Below the pieces are notes generated by a model. That model ran no database searches and was not told the origin of the DNA. It saw only the letters and a list, made by a program, of their open reading frames with translations. Of a stretch of DNA of 64,000 nucleotides, positions 59,302 to 64,000 are shown in pieces (the first letter of the stretch is position 1; every line of letters begins with the position of its first letter). The translations under genes and the position numbers were made by a program. Where the stretch lies: assembly GCA_963845085.1 (NCBI GenBank), contig CAWJQI010000004.1, forward strand, positions 384,001 through 448,000, in the 5' to 3' direction. The DNA is from Candidatus Fermentibacterota bacterium (GTDB lineage Bacteria; Fermentibacterota; Fermentibacteria; Fermentibacterales; JCC-6).

Positions 59302-59402
59302 GGGAACTCCTTTCATCCGCTCCGTTCCTCCCCTTGATGGAACGGCCACGGATCGATTGCGGGGTTCTGAGACCCCTTTGTAAAGGTCCGGGCGCTTTTG
59401 CC

Positions 59403-59984
59403 CTAGACCAGTCTCACCTGGGAATGGTCGATCTCCACGGGAGCCTTGCGGCCGAAGATGGTGAAGATGACCCTAACCTTTCCCCTTTCGGGGTTCAACG
59501 ATTCCACAACTCCCGTGAAGTTCCTGAAGGGACCCTCAACGACCCGCACGGTCTGGCCCACCTTGAAGGAAATCCTTACGACCTTCTTCTCCTCGACGCC
59601 GTCGGACTGGCCGAGGATGCGCTTCATATCAGCGTCGGAGAGGGGAGCCGGACGGCCTTTGTTCATCGGAGGGAAGCCGCTGACATTAATCATTCCACGA
59701 ATGTCGAGTATCATCTCGTCGTCGAGTTCGAGCTGCACGAAGACATAGCCGGGATACAGCTTTTTCTCCCTTGTCACGTCCTTGCCGTTCCTCCGGTTCG
59801 TTATCTCCTCGGTGGGGATCACGATCCTGCCCACACGGCCCGGGAACTTCCTCGAAAGGGGTCCCTCGAGAAACTTCCTCACCCTGAGCTCGTAGCCGGA
59901 GTAGGAATGCACCACGTACCACCTGAGGTTCCCGCCCTCGACGGTGGTGTTCTCCTCAAAAGCCGCCTGCGGGGTGGCGACCAT
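59403..59984 (-). CDS. nusG: Transcription elongation factor NusG
   Basis: [30 protein letters not shown]. Confidence 0.96.
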   Translation of the reverse strand: MVATPQAAFEENTTVEGGNLRWYVVHSYSGYELRVRKFLEGPLSRKFPGRVGRIVIPTEEITNRRNGKDVTREKKLYPGYVFVQLELDDEMILDIRGMINVSGFPPMNKGRPAPLSDADMKRILGQSDGVEEKKVVRISFKVGQTVRVVEGPFRNFTGVVESLNPERGKVRVIFTIFGRKAPVEIDHSQVRLV

Positions 59985-60226
59985 CAGTGCAACGACCTTA
60001 TGAGGAATGTCATGGTCTGCGAGGACACCGTGTCCGCCAGGAAGATCCAGACGGCTACGACGGCGACCGCCGCGAGAATGACCCAGGTGGAGGCCACGGT
60101 TTCCTCCTTGGTCGGCCAGGCGACCTTGACCAGTTCCGCCTTGACTTCGCCCAGGAATTCAACGGCTAGTCCGGCCCACCTGGACAGGAAGCTGAGTTTT
60201 CCACCATCGGCCGCTTTTGCCGTCAT
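59984..60226 (-). CDS. secE: Preprotein translocase SecE
   Basis: FLGEVKAELVKVAWPTKEE plus TM; position before nusG. Confidence 0.93.
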   Translation of the reverse strand: MTAKAADGGKLSFLSRWAGLAVEFLGEVKAELVKVAWPTKEETVASTWVILAAVAVVAVWIFLADTVSSQTMTFLIRSLH

Positions 60227-60266
60227 CTTGCAGTACTCCATCCCGTTGTAGTTCTGGAAGGGAACC

Positions 60267-60342
60267 TGGCAGGGCAGGAAGGACTTGAACCCTCAACCCC
60301 CGGATTTGGAGTCCGGTGCACTGCCAATTGTGCTACTGCCCT
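60267..60342 (-). tRNA. tRNA-Trp(CCA)
   Basis: AGGGCAG..CCGGA-CTCCAAA-TCCGG..GGTTCAAG..CTGCCCTGCCA. Confidence 0.96.
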
Positions 60343-60367
60343 GCGTTCCCCTCAAAATCACCCGGCT

Positions 60368-60517
60368 CTACTTGCCTTCCCGATGCTTCGTGTGCTTGCG
60401 GCAGAACCGGCAATACTTGTTCAACTCTATCCGGTCCGGATGAGTTCTCTTGTTCTTCGTGGTGCTGTAGTTGCGGCGCTTGCACTCGGAACAGGCCAAC
60501 GTGATTATGACTCGCAC
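60368..60517 (-). CDS. rpmG: 50S ribosomal protein L33 (Zn-binding form)
   Basis: Manual translation [49 protein letters not shown]. Confidence 0.97.
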   Translation of the reverse strand: MRVIITLACSECKRRNYSTTKNKRTHPDRIELNKYCRFCRKHTKHREGK

Positions 60518-60524
60518 CTTTAAC

Positions 60525-61721
<1,197 letters not shown>

Positions 61722-61795
61722 GTGTCTGGCTCCCTCTCATGAGTGGGTTTCCCGGTTGACCCGGATGGTCCGCCCTTTTTTTACAACCCCCGGTC

Positions 61796-61871
<76 letters not shown>

Positions 61872-61897
61872 CTTTCAGACCTGACGAAAAAACTTCC

Positions 61898-61973
<76 letters not shown>

Positions 61974-61991
61974 TCAGACACACAAAAACCG

Positions 61992-62077
61992 TGGTGGCGA
62001 GGGGTGGATTCGAACCACCGTAGGCGTCCGCCAACAGATTTACAGTCTGCCCCCTTTGGCCGCTCGGGAACCTCGCC
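61992..62077 (-). tRNA. tRNA-Tyr(GTA)
   Basis: GGCGAGG..CAGA-CTGTAAA-TCTG, long variable arm, CCTCGCCACCA. Confidence 0.96.
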
Positions 62078-62116
62078 ACCGCCTATGTAAACGCTGCATC
62101 TAGCGCATTTTCAGCC

Positions 62117-62192
62117 TGGAGCTGGCGATGGGAATTGAACCCGCAACCTGCTGATTACAAATCAGCTGCTCTGCCAATTGAGCTACGCCAGC
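62117..62192 (-). tRNA. tRNA-Thr(TGT)
   Basis: GCTGGCG..CTGAT-TTGTA-ATCAG..CGCCAGCTCCA. Confidence 0.96.
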
Positions 62193-62203
62193 ACAGGGAC
62201 ACG

Positions 62204-62233
62204 AACATACAACGGAGAAACACAATCCGTCAA
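62204..62233 (-). promoter_or_regulatory. Putative promoter of the tRNA-tuf cluster
   Basis: TTGACG-18 nt-TATGTT, 11 nt before tRNA-Thr. Confidence 0.55.
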
Positions 62234-62320
62234 GCTTTTCCCGGCGTTCCGGCCGCAAGTTGACGAAGCGTCTCTTCCAACATACTCTACCGGGTGGGGA
62301 AGATACCCCTTGGAGGTAAA

Positions 62321-63139
62321 ATGTCAACGACTCGAAATCGATTGCTTCTGTTTGCGCCGCTTTTGCTTGCCATCGGGTGCGGCGGCGGTGTCCGGGACGA
62401 GCTCGCCATGGTGCCGGGTACATGCCTGTTCCACCTGCATCTTGAGGAGGGTCTGTCCCCCTCGATGCTCTCAGAGCTCGTTTCCCTTGATCCAAGCCTT
62501 GTCCTTGCCGAATCGCTCCTGACCCGGGGACCGGTCGGGGTGACACTGATGGGGGTGGACATCACATCCCTCTCTCCACAGCTGCTTTTCCTTTCCAGCA
62601 GGGTCTCGCGCGCAGAGGCTTCCGAGCTGGCCTCGAACATGATGCATCTTGAGGAGAGCGAGGGGGAAAACCGTCTTGATCTCTCCGACGACACGGGATT
62701 GATCCGTGCCTCGGTCGCCGAGCGGAGGGGATGGACCGCGCTCTATCTGGGGCCTGCGGCCGACGTGACGATCGATGCCTGGATGCGGATGGAGGAGGTT
62801 GGCTCGCTCGCCAGCGATGAGGCGCTCATGCAGGCGCTTCCGGGCAGGCACCACCTCACGCTGATGCTGCCCGGCAACCTGTTCACTTTCGTATCCCTTC
62901 TTCCGGTGGAGAGGTACGTCTCATGGTGGGGCGAGTATACGGCCGTCGCCAGGGTCATCAGACCCTCGGCCCTCACCCTCTCCCTCTCATGGCCGTCAAC
63001 CGGCGGCATATCGCTTGAAGCAAGGCTCGCACGCGAGGACGGCGGCATGACGGCAGCCGAGTTGTCGATAACCGACACCTCGATAACGCCCGACAGTGTG
63101 TTCGTCATCCTGACGAACCTTGCAGAGGGCCTCCAGTGA
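62321..63139 (+). CDS. Hypothetical lipoprotein
   Basis: GGAGG RBS; lipobox LAIGC. Confidence 0.75.
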   Translation: MSTTRNRLLLFAPLLLAIGCGGGVRDELAMVPGTCLFHLHLEEGLSPSMLSELVSLDPSLVLAESLLTRGPVGVTLMGVDITSLSPQLLFLSSRVSRAEASELASNMMHLEESEGENRLDLSDDTGLIRASVAERRGWTALYLGPAADVTIDAWMRMEEVGSLASDEALMQALPGRHHLTLMLPGNLFTFVSLLPVERYVSWWGEYTAVARVIRPSALTLSLSWPSTGGISLEARLAREDGGMTAAELSITDTSITPDSVFVILTNLAEGLQ

Positions 63140-63810
63140 GCGCCGTCATCCAGGCCGAGGGTGTCACACGGTCATTCGGCGACATGCCGGTGCTCCGGGG
63201 GCTCGATATTTCGATAGACTCCGGTGAATTCACGGCGATAACGGGAAGGAGCGGCTCAGGCAAGAGCACGCTTCTCGGCATCCTCGGCACGCTTGACAGG
63301 GACTACGCCGGAACCCTCCGCATCGGCGGGGTCGACACCGCAACCCTTGACGGAAACGCGCTCGCGGCCCTCAGAAGGGATGAGCTGGGGTTCATATTCC
63401 AGGACTTCCACCTCCTTCCGAACCTCACCGCACTTGAGAACGTTCTTCTGCCCGCCGTGTTCTCCGGAAGGGAGATGGAACCCGTAGAAAAGGAAGCCAG
63501 GGAGCTTCTTGACAGGCTTGGCGTTCGAATGGATGCCACCTTCAGCCGCTTCCTCTCGAGGGGCGAGAGGCAGAGGGTGGCCGCAGCAAGAGCCCTGGCA
63601 GGAAGACCGAGTGTCCTTCTTGCCGATGAACCGACTGCAAGCCTCGATGAAACAAGCGAAGACGTCCTTTTCGACCTGCTGGACACCATGCGCAGGGAGA
63701 AGGGGTTTGCTCTGGTTGCAGTTGTTCACACCAGAAGTGTTCTGGAAAGGGCCGACCACGTTCTCGACCTCAGCGGGGGGGTGCTTCACGATGCGCGCAT
63801 CAATGCGTAG
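63136..63810 (+). CDS. ABC transporter ATP-binding protein (LolD/MacB-like)
   Basis: GRSGSGKST, GFIFQDFHL, LSRGERQRV, LLADEPT. Confidence 0.92.
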   Translation: MSAVIQAEGVTRSFGDMPVLRGLDISIDSGEFTAITGRSGSGKSTLLGILGTLDRDYAGTLRIGGVDTATLDGNALAALRRDELGFIFQDFHLLPNLTALENVLLPAVFSGREMEPVEKEARELLDRLGVRMDATFSRFLSRGERQRVAAARALAGRPSVLLADEPTASLDETSEDVLFDLLDTMRREKGFALVAVVHTRSVLERADHVLDLSGGVLHDARINA

Positions 63811-64000
63811 GGCAATGCACCTCTGGAACAAGGGCCACTGGAGGGATTACCTTTTCAGCCAGGCCATGCTTCTTGTAGCGTCCCTTCTCCTCGTGTTCTT
63901 CATATCCATAGGCCTCGGAGTGGGACGGATCCTCGACCGTTTCCTCTCGAGCGACCTTCCCGAGGAACAGGTGAGGGTCACACCGCAGGTCATCTCGGCA
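63791..64000 (+). CDS. ABC permease (MacB/FtsX-like), partial
   Basis: Open frame to the window end with TM segment AMLLVASLLLVFFISIGLGV, following the ATPase. Confidence 0.6.
   Translation, partial: MRASMRRAMHLWNKGHWRDYLFSQAMLLVASLLLVFFISIGLGVGRILDRFLSSDLPEEQVRVTPQVISA

Noticed and set aside
62117..62192. C-A mismatch in the T-stem of tRNA-Thr(TGT)
   Set aside because: The cloverleaf and CCA are otherwise intact and the gene is in the standard cluster position; not evidence of a pseudogene

Overview
Bacterial chromosome window carrying the core transcription/translation supercluster on the - strand: tRNA-Thr/Tyr/Gly/Thr, tuf, rpmG, tRNA-Trp, secE, nusG, rplKAJL, rpoBC, rpsLG, then about 15 kb of accessory genes, fusA, about 5 kb more accessory genes, then the S10-spc-alpha operons ending rplQ-pfkA-NUDIX. 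The secreted-protein signatures (T9SS/FlgD-like C-terminal domains, a 'TSWxxxK' C-terminal motif, a 'QTDWSxGPGVxGPVTDWG' N-terminus) suggest an FCB-group candidate phylum such as Fermentibacteria; this is inference only. The most striking observation is an in-frame insertion of about 200 aa inside the trigger-loop insertion (SI3) of RNA polymerase beta-prime that reads as a catalytically degenerate AAA_16/STAND-type P-loop domain. The alpha-CTD is also divergent and the rifampicin pocket carries substitutions. The str operon is split: rpsG has its own terminator, and fusA has its own promoter sharing a 15-mer with the S10 promoter. A divergent pair of DOMON proteins is linked to a beta-barrel and to a coupled FMN reductase/radical SAM/GGCT operon. 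Several genes (fusA, hicB, an amidohydrolase, a Spy-like gene, an FG-GAP protein) are broken by +1 frameshifts that are most likely sequencing insertions. All calls come from reading the sequence; no database searches were run.
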